DNA of 64,000 nt from Bugula neritina (lineage: Eukaryota > Animalia > Bryozoa), in the NCBI GenBank assembly GCA_964035545.1, contig OZ037771.1, positions 12,218,480-12,282,479 of the forward strand, read 5' to 3'. The position numbers and the translations under genes are program-made. Of this stretch, positions 1 through 14,100 are shown one piece after another. Position 1 is the first letter of the stretch, and each line of letters starts with the position of its first letter. Below the pieces are notes generated by a model. That model worked only from the letters and a program-made list of their open reading frames with translations, was not told where the DNA came from and did no database searches.

Positions 1-1314
1 TCCTATCATGTGGTCATAATTTACTGGAATACAGACTAAAACAGAAAAGCAAGTGCCAGGTTAAGAGTAAGTAATACTCATAATTATGAGACTTACTCAT
101 GTTTATTATGAGTATGGACCTGCTATAAAGCTCACAAGCATCATTAACATTCATTATTGCTATATTCCACCTAAACTCAACGGAAAAATGAAATTGTCTT
201 TATACTGTGAACATTAATTTTGTATTGTGACCTGCTCAGAAAATTGAATATAATTTATATCTACAACATAATTACTGCATGTGAGTACCACTACATAAAA
301 GATTTGGACTTGGTTACTAAAAGTTAAGTAACCTTCCAGTCAGCTAAATATTATCACTTTGGAGCATGTGTGAAATTAATCATGAAACTTTTCAACATGG
401 TACAGTTCAAAAGTTTACGCTTGACCAGTAATCTGAAGATAGCTTATGTTGTGAGCATGAGAATTGTGTTTTAGTTTGTTTATAGGTCCCTGCTGAAGTC
501 AGGCTTTTTTCAGATTCTTGTTTAAAACTGTGATTCAGTTTAATTACTTTTACTAAGTTATTAGCATTTATCACTGTTATTATAATTTAGTTATATATGC
601 TAATTGTAAGCTTACTCATATTTCAATAACATATTTTGACAACTTTTCATTGAGTTTTAGTTCAAAGATAGATTAGTAACAACCCAAAAGCCAACCCAAA
701 TGTCAATTATCTAATAAAAAGAGTTGAAATTATCAAAGATAGCCTGAGTTTTGATTAAGTATTGAGGCTGACACTAAAACAGCAGCTTTTATATAACACA
801 TTGGCTCACCAACAAGAACCTTTTTAGCTTCAAAAAAACTACCTGGTGATCTTATACATATTACTGAAGATAATTATATTACAACAACAATAAAAGATAG
901 AAATTATATACTTGCATTGCAGGTATGCAGTAGTAACTTTTCCATGTCTTCACCATTTAGCTCCTTACCACAAAAGACTGTCAGTAAAACTTCTGTTAAC
1001 CATTGGGCATATTTTAGCTAGCGCCCATTAATCAAAATTGACACTAATCTTGTGCAAATTTGTATCAAGAGGAGTATATCCTATATAACGCACTATTTAT
1101 AATGTCTAATAGCTCAATGTCTGGTATTTTTGAACATATTTGCAACTAAAATATGTAAGTATAACACTTGTGTAAAATATTTCCCTTACTGAAATTTGAA
1201 CTGCAGACTTCTGGCTTGTAAGCAATTGTGCTAGCCGTTGAGCAGCTGGACAATTATGTGTTGTTGGAGAAATGCATTCCTAAAATTCATATGAGCAATG
1301 TAAAAGGTGTAGAG

Positions 1315-3409
1315 CAGGGATGGGCAAATGGCGGCCCGCGGGCCACATCAGGCCCTTCTACTGTTTTAATCAGGCCCTCAGCCAATCACTAGCAATTCTA
1401 ATAATGTATGTACTAAGCAACACTGTCCAATCATGAACATAACTCATGAGAAGATTCTGGCCAATGCATAGCTGCTGTAACTAATGATCACGCTTCAGTG
1501 AGCACAATTATAGCAGTATTACAATTTGAGTTATGTGATATCCATGCTGCAGCAGATCAATTTATCACTTTGCTGCTGCAACAACAACATATAGCTTTTA
1601 CACTTCACCAGTAACCAGTGAGAAGTACCCTTCAATAACTAAACTGGGACTAAGAGTACTGAGCATATTTGGTTATACTTATAAATTTGAATGCATGTTT
1701 TCTAGCATGAACCATATAAAAATAGTAATAGAACACGCTCACCAATGGGCATCTGCAAGATTTGCTTCGAGTAGCCACACATGAACCCATTACTAGCAGT
1801 GACATTAGTGCTATTATGGCTAACAAAAGTGTTTTTCATACTTCTCACTAATTCCAGTACTATAAGTGTACCCAATATATTATTTGCTGCTTTCTTGCTT
1901 AGGAAACTATATACAACTTGTTGTTAAATTAATAAACTGTCATATCTTTTGTATTCTGCATCTACAAGCTACTTTCAGCCCAGGAAACTGGAAAAAAGCA
2001 ATTTATATATGCACTTAGTAATGCAGCATTGTAGGGGTAAGGGGGGGAGCACAACAGTCATAGGGGTACGAAAAGCTGGCCAAATTGTGAGAGAACTTAT
2101 TAACTTAGAGTTGCAGTTTTTTTTAATAAAAAGGTATTGACATAATTATTCAGCCCTTGTAGTTTCAACACTTGCGGAGGATACATGTTGAAGAGGCAAG
2201 TCAAAAACTGTTTTTACTTACTTTTTTGTAAATTTTTGAAGATGTCGTTAAAGCTTTATAACTTTTTACACTGAAAGGTAACAAGCCTAGATTTTACTGA
2301 TATTGTTGCCATTAATTTTCTCTACATTGCTTATCTAGTATAACAGCAAACTCTAAAATAAATTTTCCTTTAGCCATATTTATTTTCAACTTGGCCACAT
2401 GGGGCACAATGGGCCACCTGATCATTGCACCCTGATCACTGTTATTAATTTGTTTGCCCAAAGAGTTAGATGAAATGTTACTAAAATCTATAGATATAAC
2501 CATTTCTGACCTTTTTGTAAAATATCAAAAGATATTATGGTAAGACTACCAAACTACAAGGTGAAGCTCCCCTAATATATACATCTGGTGAGGTTATAGC
2601 TTTGTCATTTGATACATAATACAAAACACTCTGCTGTTGCTACTATAGTGGATAGTCATGATATTCATTATACATTATATCATTGAGGGAATATACATGT
2701 ATTTGACTAAAATAAATTGCGATTTGCTCATTTCCTACCCTCCCTTTCTGTGCTTTAGTCACAAACCTCAGCCATGCACCTTAGCTACAGTTCATAGAAA
2801 AAAGTCCACTCGGAATTTTGTAGTACATGTTACTGAAATCTTTTCTAATGAAAGTTCCTGTGAAGTGGAAATAGAAAAAAACATTTTTATTTCTAAACAG
2901 TAATGATAATGAGTGATGTACGTTTGACTTTGTCTCCCCTGCTATCCGTGGTGGCAAAAACTGTACAGCTAAAACATGATTTTTGCTATAGATCTGAAAG
3001 AATATTTTTATTTATTTTTAATATTGAAAAAATAAAGATCAGATGCAACCAAATCAGCAAAGTTTCAATATATTTGTTGTGTCCCACCCAGTGGTCCATT
3101 GTACCCTGGTACCGGGCACAATGGGCCATTTTTTTGACATGAAAATTTCCTTATTCTGAAAGTTGTGAAAGAGATAGAAACAACCAACTGATACCTATAA
3201 CAGACAACAGATGCGGCATTTATACTAGAAATTATTGAACTAGTAACTTGAAAAACAGACAAATAAGAGCGAAAAATTCAAAATTCGGCTCGTTGTGGCC
3301 TCCCCCCCTGTTACCCTTATACCTTGAATTTACAACGAACAAACCTGGCCCTTCTTACGCCTTAAATCTTGAGATCTGGCCCTATTTCGAAAACATTTGC
3401 CCATCCCTG
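1315..3409 (+). mobile_element. hAT (Charlie/Buster-type) DNA transposon, internally deleted
   Basis: TIRs CAGGGATGGGCAAA (1315) and TTTGCCCATCCCTG (3409); perfect 8-bp TSD GTGTAGAG at 1307-1314 and 3410-3417. Transposase C-terminal relic at about 1620-1850 (FGYTYKFECMFSSMNHIK..LTNGHLQDLLRVA). Confidence 0.92.
2034..3317. mobile_element. Non-autonomous TIR element nested in the hAT (probably Tc1/mariner-pogo class)
   Basis: Imperfect TIRs GGGGTAAGGGGGGGAGCACAAC and GTTGTGGCCTCCCCCCCTGTTACCCT, flanked by TA on both sides; internal GGGCACAATGGGCCA motifs at about 2402 and 3113. Confidence 0.5.
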
Positions 3410-3939
3410 GTGTAGAGTGTGAAATACAACTTATGGCAGTGAAACAGCCAAACAAACCGCAACAAAGATAAGACCTGTAATTATCAATAAAAACCGATAT
3501 ACCTATGTGAAGAGTAACCCCGAAAGTGATGTAGCATTCTGTCAAAAAAAACCTCAAGCATGGATTAATTAGACCTCAATATTAAGTCTTGAAATAGCTG
3601 ATATTTGCAGATGCATGTATCTAAAAAATACAAACGTTTCAGTTAGTTGAATATAAATAGATATAAGTCGTATGTAATGACAAGGATGGGCTTCCGGTTA
3701 ACCATTGCTTCAAAGAAAATGTATAGAATTTGACAAAAGAATCAGGCTTAAACAAAAAAGTGGCTAAGGGCACAGATTATACTACATTGATGAAAATTGT
3801 AGGTCGATGAAAATTTGGTTTCAGCCAATGAAGAACGGAAACATCTGATGAAGTATGGGTTTGAAACGAAAGATCCAGTACCATATTTTGATAATGAGGA
3901 CTAGAATTTTAGACTATACCTGCCATAGTATAGAAAATC

Positions 3940-4200
3940 AATCTATACCAGCATTCCGCTTGTCTGACTTTGTCTAAGCATCTATAACAACATATAGTTT
4001 GTGTTAAACAGCTATTACTTTTCACTTGCTCTTTTGCTATAGTGGTTCTGTTATACACCAGTAGTCTAATCTAAGTAGTGTTGCCCTTTCTTGAGACTCC
4101 GCATGTGGCAGGCAAACATATCTAATATTTTAGTGCTTCCTACGGTCTGCACCTAGACAGCCAATCAATTTAATCTCTTCACCTGAAAGCCTGCGTCTTG
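3940..4200. repeat. Dispersed repeat copy (similar copy at about 51390-51670)
   Basis: Shared blocks CTAAGCATCTATAA, GTTCTGTT....CCAGTAGTCT and CACCT(G/A)AAAGCCTG in the same order at both loci. Confidence 0.6.
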
Positions 4201-4269
4201 CATATAGTTAGTAATGTTTAGAAAATTGCTAATTGCTGTGTTCTATAAGAGTTATAAAGTGTTAGCTAA

Positions 4270-4420
4270 GTAAACATAAGGTAATGGGTTCAAACCGCTG
4301 TGAAGGCCATTGGTGAAGTTAGAAAGAGCATCCAGTCATAGTTGCTCTTCTGCCTCATCTAAATAAATCTATAGCCTATTTTAAAAGACCCTGTCTATCA
4401 GGGGTTCTCACAAAGATAGT
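4270..4420 (+). mobile_element. tRNA-derived SINE fragment; same family in reverse orientation at about 21030-21140
   Basis: B-box-like GGTTCAAACC followed by AGCATCCAGTCATA(G/A)TTGCTC...ATCAGGGGTT(T)CTCACA, shared with the reverse complement of 21030-21140. Confidence 0.6.
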
Positions 4421-5784
4421 GACTATAAACTTGAGTGAGTGAGTTTACAGAATTGATAATTCTATATGCAGCCAAACTTCATTGTATAATATCAAGGTTT
4501 TTTTGAAGAACAATGTAGGTAAAATGTATTGATATAGATTAGCAGTAAACACCTTTTTTGTTGGGCAGTTAAAATTAGTATTCAAAAGGCCTAATCGTTC
4601 TCAGCATGTATTTCTGCATTGTATTTCTTAGCTCGTTGAAGAATTGAATAAAGATATTACACTGAATATTTTACCGATAGTGACAATGAGTTATCTGAAA
4701 TAAAAGTATAAGCGTGATACAATCGGTTGCTATCGTTCGGTCCAATTAATAAAAGGGATTTTCAGATTGGAATAAATCAATCTTGTTCTAAATTGGTTAG
4801 GTTCATTCTAAGTAGATCAATGTTAGATTGTGTTTTTGTTTAGCAATTGCAGATTGGCAAAATGTATTTCAAGAAACTTTGTATACTCACATCTAGTATT
4901 TTACTCTTCATATCTATTGTTGAATTTCTTCTATTTAAACTGTGAAGTGCAGATGATAAATTCTTGCATGTGTTTGGCTTTAATGAATTGTCCACATGCA
5001 GGACCCCAATTGTACATATATTTATGGTTTATGCACAAAGAAGACAGACTACTTTTTTTATTTTATTGAAAACTTTTTCATTTTTTAAAAGAACCCTCTT
5101 TTTAATTAAACAATATGAAATTCATTAGTTTAATTTTTTTCAACAGAATGGTATTTGGCTAAAATGCCTCATGTGTGCTATTTTTAGAGAAGGCAAATCT
5201 TATTTCAAGTTTCAAAAAATAATTGCATATTTTACTATAATATCCTTGCATTTTATTATCAACTTACATAAATTTTGCTTTTCTTGTAAATCCAATATAC
5301 TTGGAATTTAAGCTGTGATAGTCTGCATTTTAAACTTTTGATTTTCAAATTTGAGTATTCTGTTCATAGCTGGTTATACAATTTTGCATTTGCAAGCTTT
5401 TTGCAGTGTGTTTTAGCAATTTTTCAAGTATAAAAATATTTTTGCCATAAGCAAAAAGGCAATATACTATATGTACTATGTAGTCCTTTAAATTAGTGTA
5501 ATTATGTTTTACTCATCTGTAATGTCAAAAGTTCAAATGCTACGAAACGTTGGTTTTATTTTTGATCTTGTTTTAGCATTTCTCTTTTAAACCATTCAGC
5601 TGCTATACATTATTGTTGCTCAAGAAAATTAATTTTTAAAGTTGTCTGCTCTCTTTAGTAATTAGTTTTTTAGTTTTTAACCAACATCTTAAATATCATT
5701 GTCAACCAAGTGCATGGTTGCAGGCTACATAACTTAATCAGTATCTGGAATGTAAATGAGTACTCGTAACCGATTTATAGTTAT

Positions 5785-6752
5785 GGGTCATTCCACGCCA
5801 ACTCAACAAGGCCAAACCCGACCCATCTCGAATTTTTTCTAAATTTTAGTATAGTATTCCAAAACATGTCTAATAAAAAATATCAAATATTTGCCCTTAA
5901 TTCCTAATATGTTTTGTGGTTATGATACTTTTTGTGAGCAAAAGTTGGTAAAAAATTGAAACTTCTTCCATGGGTTTCGGCACCGAAGGTCAACTTCATG
6001 GATTTGTATCTCAGAAACGATTTAAGACAAACCTTCCATACTTTTATGAATGAAAGTTCTACATGATTTTTATTTCATTAAAGTAAATAAATTTGCCACA
6101 AGTGTTGAGAAAAGATTTCTGTTGCATTACGTTTTTAGGTCAAACGTTTGGTCATTTTTCAAAATCGTCAATTTTCCAGCACTTCAAACTCACATTTTAC
6201 AAAGAGCTATAATCTTGATACTTTTAGCATTTAAAACTATATTATATATATTACATTAAAAAAGTTTCAGCTTTTTACTCGCATAAGTTTCATCACAATT
6301 TCGTGCTAAAATCCTAAATTTTTTAAATTATGCACTATTTCATGACGAGAAAATCAATGATGGTATGAATGATTTTTTTTAAATAGTTTTAATTTAAAGA
6401 TGTTGGTATATAGTATACTATATTAAAAACTGAGTATTTGTATATTGTTCTTTCATAGAACAATTTTGGATTTAATTGACGCATTTTTTCGATTTTTGCC
6501 TATTTTGAAAACTACACTTTATACAGTTGCTGAAACATGCAAAAAGTCATAGAAAATACCAAGATTGTTTACATATTATCTGCAATCATTTTCATGACAT
6601 TTAAATTTAATTTGGATATCAGTAATCATGGTACTTCATAAGATTGATTGAGATGGGTTCATTTTAAAAAACCGGTAAACTGCTAGAATTTAAAAGCACA
6701 ATAGATTTAAATCTAGTAATTAATAGAAAAAGAACATTATTACAATTATCAC
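5785..6752 (+). repeat. Left TIR of the Sola2-like element
   Basis: Colinear with the reverse complement of 30705-31441 followed by 26825-27063; roughly 80% identity by eye. Confidence 0.92.
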
Positions 6753-8940
6753 TTGTGGGTTTATATGTATATTTTTTATTTCTCAAAGAATTAATGTTTG
6801 CATATTGTTTTCTCATGAGTAAATATTCGACTAAATTAATGTATTTTGTCATGCTGCCACTTGATAGGTTCCATGCTTTCAGTATTCTCATTATTCTTTG
6901 CCCTTTCATTTGTACCCCCTCACTTGCTCCCCATGCACCACTCCTCATGCACTCCTATATACATACATATGCACGCACACACGCACACACGCACACACGC
7001 ACACACGCACACACGCGAATATTCTTTTTCCTTTACCAAACAATCAGCACCCTGCTCCGACCTGTAAATTTATCAAGCAGAGATACCTTAACGAAGCATA
7101 CTGACAAAATGTATTTTATTATTAGCAAGCCAGCAAAACTGAGAGAGTCGGTTTTTTACAGGGTGGGTGTGTGCGTGTGTGCAGGCGAGTGTATCCGTGT
7201 GTGAACTTTTACAGGATGAAGGTAAGAGATGATGGGTGGCTGAGGTTGTGAGTGAGTGAGTGAAGGATGGAGTGAAGTAGAGATGCGGGCTTTAGCAATT
7301 GTTTCTTCAACTATGTATATAGTAAATTAGACAAAAAATTCTCAATTTCTTAATAAACCAGAAAATCTTACGTAAATGTTGCAATTTACGTATTCAAGTG
7401 CATAGGCATAAAATTCCAGTATATCTATTATCCTATACCACTATAGAAGTCGTAGAGAACTTCGGGTCAATCAGTGGTAACCGGCTTTGTATTGAGTTAT
7501 ATAGAAATGGTCATCAATGTTCGCCTAACGAGGCGCAATCATTTTGAGTAATTGATTGGCTGTAGCTACAGCCAGTTTAATTTCATTGGCTAGGTGATGA
7601 TTATAGCAATTAGAACAAGTGGTGGATAGAGTTAGGGGTGATATCAATACAGATATTCCTAGCAGTAACTGTATTCTGAAAAAATATTTTCTTCCAAAAT
7701 ATTTCAAAAGCTATGAGTTATAAATAAAAATTAACAAAATTTATTACTTTTGAATAAAAAACCTCAACAGATGCAGGTTTGACTTTTTGATATAGATCCA
7801 CTCCTTTTAGACTTTGTTCTAGAGAAAGGCTCATATCACTGTATCTATTGGATAAGAACTTAGTCTTATAGTTTTACTTGAAGCATAATTGTCTTCTCAC
7901 TCTATTTCAATTCATATAAATTTAAAACTCCTTGAATCTATCTGCATGATTGAAGCATAATTGTCTTCTCATTAAATAATAGTTTTGCAGACTGAATGCC
8001 ACCATAATTCATACACTCTTGTAAAAAATTAAAATGTTATAAATGTTTTTGGTTTATTAATATAAATTAATCTCAAACTATTTTATGTAAAAAACAATTT
8101 TCAAGCTGATGAAAGAAAATATAATTTTTAAGAAATATATATAATATCATTATGTATAAATAATTTTTGGTATATGAATAAATGTAGAACAATATTGCAT
8201 ATGGAAAGCTTTATAATGCCAAAAAATTCAATTTCAATAGTAATTTATTTGCTTGTAAAAATTAATTTTTTTCTTGTTTTACTATACTTTTAACAGTTGT
8301 ACAGGCACAGGTAACCTATCTATTTCACACCTATAAATGCACATATAAATTTATTACGTAGAATTTAGAAAATGAGCAAATAGCACAGATGAAAATTGAG
8401 TCGGCCTATATAATTTTTGACGTTTTAGTAAATATCTGTAACCCATTGAAATACAACACTATAGTAAAATTTGTGTCACATTTGAGTTAAAATCTTGCAT
8501 TCATGCATGCTATTTAAAATATATGAATATAATTTAATATTTTTGATTAGTAGGAACTATACATGTGCACCATTTTTTGCTATGCTATGCAATTTATTAT
8601 CGCATACCATTTATTTGCAATAAAATAACTTATAACACTTTTTTATCCTATAGAATAATATTTATTAGTCTGCACTTGCATAACAAACCTTTGTGACTAT
8701 TTCGCCATGCCATACGCCATGCATATAAACTAACACATTAATTCATGGCACATATCGAAATAGACTGCAGTCGATTTCAGTATTGCCATGTTGTTTTCTT
8801 GCACAGACATCCACACGCATGCCCGAACATGAACATGAGCAAGCATATATACTTCTCTACTGCTCTTATCTTAAAATTATAGCTTATTCAATTGTTGAAA
8901 TATTTATACAGTTAATAATTAAAGGGGTGAGCCCACCATC

Positions 8941-9052
8941 TGTTGTTTAGCCTCAGCATCACAACTCTATAAAGGCTGCTAATTCACTAAATACCATTTA
9001 GTGAATTAGCTGCCCCTATAATAGAGTTGTAATATGCTGAGGCTAAACAACA
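8941..9052. repeat. Imperfect hairpin (about 52-bp arm); a longer inverted copy of 8853-8996 lies at 13614-13750
   Basis: TGTTGTTTAGCCTCAGCAT...GCTAATTCACTAAAT-acc-ATTTAGTGAATTAGC...ATGCTGAGGCTAAACAACA. Confidence 0.85.
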
Positions 9053-11021
9053 TTTGCAAAGATTTAACTTAAAATACATGTTTGCAACCACATACAGGTA
9101 TTGGCAGATACTAAAAAAAACATTGAGCAACATATGCTTTTAGGAGTTGCATTATCAACTTCTTCCTCAACATCATTAAAAATATATCATCGAAAGAAGA
9201 CAATTTTGGCTTTGTGTTTTCTATATATTTATTATTATTACTATTATAGGTCCTAGATATGCACACACACACGAGCGCCACACGTCTATATACATATATA
9301 TAATATAATAATATATAATCTAATACAATATAAGCATGATTTATTATTTTTAAAACTTTTTTCCTTGAACTGCTATAGATGCATTTTTTGACTTAATTGA
9401 TGGTTACTGCAATTTCAAAGTTAACAGATAAAGCATTTTAAAAGATTACTCTTCATGTTTTCTGCAAAGAGCATGAAAAACTGAGGTAAATATTATAGCG
9501 CGCTGCATATAAATGGAAAAATAAGTATGAAAAGATAAAGAAACTTATGTTCTCCAATATACTTTTTTAATTTTTTTCAAAAGCCAATCCATGTTTAAGT
9601 TATCGCTTGTTGAAAAACATAGTCCTCCTTCCACATTCTTTCTAATTTATACGCTCCTGGCTTGTATTGTATCTTAATATACTGTAGTTGAGTGCTTCTT
9701 AGTTTCGATTCACCAACTTTGCTTACACTTCACAAGTGCCAGTGCAGCTGGCTCAAAAGCTAAATGTTATAAACTTTCTGCTAAAACCCTATCTTATATT
9801 CCTAGGCTGGTTGGCCTAAATAAAACAATTGTCAAATCATGATTTCTTGTTTTAGGAATCTATACTCTATTCCAACCTGCTGCCTAGCTAGTTCTATTTT
9901 CTTATCATAATCTTTGATGTAATTACTGAAATGGCGTGATACATTTTTTTGGCAACCATCCGAGTTGCAGTAATGGTACCTATAATATATTATTATCATT
10001 ATAATATATTATAATATAGTATCATGTGTTTTTTATTATATTGCATAATATATATTTTATTATGGTTGTTGCGCAAACAAGTGCAATTAACCTGGTTTTT
10101 AAAATGTACCTCTAAATTATCAGAATATTAGTTTAGATATTTTCATGGTTTGTTAGGTAAACCTAAAAAAAGAGGCTGTATTCCCAAAGTAAAGGGTGTT
10201 GAACTATGAACTATATTAGATTAGCCACTCTGCTACCAAGTGCATCAGTATAACATATGGCTAGCTGTAATGATTTGTCTCCTGTGGCTGGCTGTGATAT
10301 GTTAACTTGGCCAACTTCCAAGAGTTCAAAATTGGAGCAATTATTCGAGAGGTTAGTTATATACACACTGCAGAGAGCCAGTACGTGGTCATACTAACCT
10401 TGCTATTATCAGTACTTATTACAATTGCCAATTGGGGTAGGCTACCAACACCAAATTTTGCTCCATAATATACCTTAAACACAATGCAGCAACATAATTT
10501 TTAGTTTCAAATTACATTGCCACCCTTACAGGAGCTGTGGGCTTCATAAACATTCATATGATTAGAGAGTTATGCTATAGGCCCTATAACTGTGCTAGTG
10601 TATGAATAAAAAACACACCATTGTCAAAGTTTACTTCAAGTATGCTGTTTTCCAAAAACTCAGTATTGTCCATCACTCTTTTGCATACAAATACTTATAT
10701 GTAATAACATACAGTTTAAGTTTTATTTTGGAGCACATCTGCAAACTCTACAATAATAGGCAAGAGCATGCTTTACCAGTCTATTTCAGACCTGTTTTTT
10801 TAGCTAGTAATATGCAAGCTACTAATTTTTTCAATTTTTGGGTTATTTGTTCAAAACCATTAGCTTTGCTAGTAACCTGAAGCTATTGCAACAGGTTATC
10901 AAAATAGCTAGCCACTGCTAGTCAACATTAATTAACAGCCTAATGATTATAACCCATATTTTGAGGCTCTAAATATTTATGTAATGATATTCTCTAATAC
11001 AGTGCATATCAAATTCATGAT

Positions 11022-11100
11022 GGCTGTGTGGTCCAGAGGTTAAAGGCGCCAATGATGTGTTGGTTGGTCGGGTTCAACCCTACTCCGTGGCAATTTTTTT
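11022..11100 (+). mobile_element. Short tRNA-derived SINE or tRNA pseudogene
   Basis: A-box-like TGGTCCAGAGG, B-box-like GGTTCAACCC, oligo-T end; no intact cloverleaf. Confidence 0.6.
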
Positions 11101-14100
11101 CTGTCAACTTATGCAAACTTATGCATAATAAATATGGCTATTTTGAAATATTATTATTCAACAATAGGACAACATACATGCATACTAATTAGATACTGAA
11201 CATTGGGCTAAACCTTAAATTGATTTTATGGAATACAATGTACTTAAAATAATCATCTGTGAATTAGAGAAACTGAAAGTGTACCTGCTGCACTATAGAC
11301 AGACCTTTACTGACAAGACTGCAAAGTGAAGTGATTTAGCTGAAATTAACTCTGCCAAACAAACGAAGAACTAACTATGTTTTGCTGAGGCATTTTCAAC
11401 AGATTGTAACATGGTGAGAAGATGCAACTAAGTGCTAATGTAAAATAGGGAACATTATATTGGCAGAAATCCAATTTATTGCCAATTTGTGCGAGAGGGT
11501 ACTATATGTTATTGTGATAGCGCGCAGAGCAGCAAACGCACTAGGAACGTTATAATTAGTCACAGGAGCGTAGCTAGAACCACCATATAAAGAATTAAGA
11601 TAATTGCAGTGAAACTTGAAAAATGGTGTACGTTTTGACCAAATTGTGAAGAGCATAAACAGAATTTCGAAAAACAAAGAAAGTATATTAGAGAAAACAT
11701 ATCAAGGAATGTCAAGTTTGAATTTTAGACTATAAAATGAACTCCCTGTGCTACAGCAGTGGAACATGGAGGGTGTAAAATTTTACTTTTAGCAGAGTTT
11801 ATCAGCAAACCAGTAAGGTAGAGTACATACACCTACATATAATGTTGTTAGGAGTGATATACTTGTGTACATCATGATTATAATTAATAAACACTTGTGA
11901 TCAAGCTATATATACAAATATACACTGCAAGATGCTCACATGTTAGCTTAGTAGTCTTTATAGTTCATAATGTACAAGTGGCTACAGCTGTCCAGCTTAC
12001 TAATCCAGTGATCGTTGCTCTGTAGTTTATATAATATGCTTTATACAACAGTTAATTAGCTGTTATGCCCATGCATGAAAGATATATTTGAGGTTTCTCT
12101 ATATTGTCCTAAACACTAATATGTTACACATGGCACATGATTTCTGAGTTCTGATGTCCCCCCCCATTTTATTAATCTCTATTTATTATAGTCAGTCATT
12201 ATTATAGTCAAATATTTCAAGTTTTCTAACTTGCAATATAGTGGAGCAAGAAAGCCAATGTGATTGGGTATATAAATATAATTTAACAAAAGGTATGTTG
12301 GCTTAAAATTGTCTGTTATGAAGCAGTTGAAATATATAAATGTATTTTTTTCCTATAATACAACAAAATGCTGCACATCCTGTCATTGTAACTACAATTC
12401 AAGAAAGCAAAATACACTTTAACTCATTTAAATATACTTATATATACATTTGCTTTGCAACAAAACAAACAATGCTCTTTTCGAAGCAGATACCTCTTGA
12501 GACATACATTTTTAACGCACTCACATATAATAACTATGAACTAGGAATTATATACAGCTCTAAACTGTAAATAATATATAGAAAAAAGTATCCTATATGT
12601 ACGTATAAATATAATCATGTCGTTAGTGGAATATAATTTACATTGCCTAACTATATTATAAGTATGTTGCATGATACTTAATTGTTATGATTTTGGTATT
12701 AGTTGCAAGCAACTTTTGCCAGATCCAATTTAATAATATAAATAAACATTATGTTAGGGCTTTACAATTCACACTTTTTGTATTAAAGTTATGATCTACA
12801 TGCATAAGTGTTCATGCTAAGGATGACTTCAACTATTCATCTAAGACAATTAAACAAGCTTTTAAATTGAAATTTCGCTTTGTGGCATGTTTTTCATCTC
12901 GTCAATTTCATCATTAAAATAGGAATTAGATATTATATTAAGTGCAAACTTTCATAATTGTAAGCTGATCACTATAGCACTTGGAGTATTCATGACTTTC
13001 ATCATTCCAAAACCATTCACTATAGCAAATTTATGTTCTGAAACCTACTAGCAGTTGCTGGCATGGGCTACTTGGATGCGTTACTCAAGTGGTGAGAGCA
13101 TTGTGTGAACTAATTAACAGCTATGTGCAATTCCTATTCAGATTTTATTACCAACACTTGTTGCTGCTATTATCATTTGCGGTTGCTTCATTAAATAGGT
13201 TGTCTGGAAATTCACTTATTGCTATAGTAAGTATGTACATGCTATAACTGGAGAACTAGTATATCTTCATACAGCAATTATATTATGGCTGGCCAAGCAT
13301 TGATCAACCTTTATCAACAGCTCCTCCATTTCTGCAAGTGCACATCAAAATGTACATCACAAATCAATGTTTTATAAACTAAAATGTCAAAGCACATTAT
13401 AGCATCAGAGTTCATGCTGCAGTGGGTCACCAACATGTAAACTGGGCAAGTGGCTGAGCCAGCAGTTTATAATATCAGTATATTCATTATGCTTTGAACT
13501 ATAAAATCTTAGCTAGAACTTTATTATAGCTTTTTGACTTTAAAAAATTCAAGCTGCACATGTTAAACTAAGATGTAGTCATACCAGTTATGTAAACATA
13601 AACTAGAATAACCTGGTATTTAGTGAATTAGCAGCTTCTATAGAGTTGTGATGCTGAGGCTAAACAGCAGATGATGGGCTCACCCCTTTAATTATTAACT
13701 GTAAATATTTCAACAATTGAAAGCTGTAATTTTTATAAGAGCAATAGAAAACTATTAAATAAGGCAATCAGCATGAATCTCACAAATCCTTTATTCAGTG
13801 ACTGAGAATAATTTGTATAATAATTATTTGCTGTGAAAGATTCAAGCACTTAGCATGCTTAGGTTCAAAGTTAGTATCATTTCCTGAGGCAAGTGAAGTG
13901 ATATGAAAATTGAGAAAAACCTGTATTATACAGGTTATAAACTTAGCAAGAAAAGTTATGTTATTGCGATAATTAGGAAAATTAAAGACCTTAGTCTATC
14001 TCAATTTCTCCACTAATGCATCTACATATCAGCCGATTTCTTCACCACTTATGAAGTAGCAGCCAGGAGCAAACTGGGAGACAGACCAAGATATCTACAA

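Noticed and set aside
3840-3875. CTGATGA...GAAA hammerhead ribozyme candidate
   Set aside because: The intervening sequence cannot form stem II and no flanking stems were found.
6755-7204. 149-aa ORF and overlapping His/Thr-rich ORFs
   Set aside because: They span a CA/CG dinucleotide repeat and have no recognisable domain.
11022-11100. Functional tRNA gene
   Set aside because: A and B boxes are present but the acceptor and anticodon stems do not pair, so it is treated as SINE-like.
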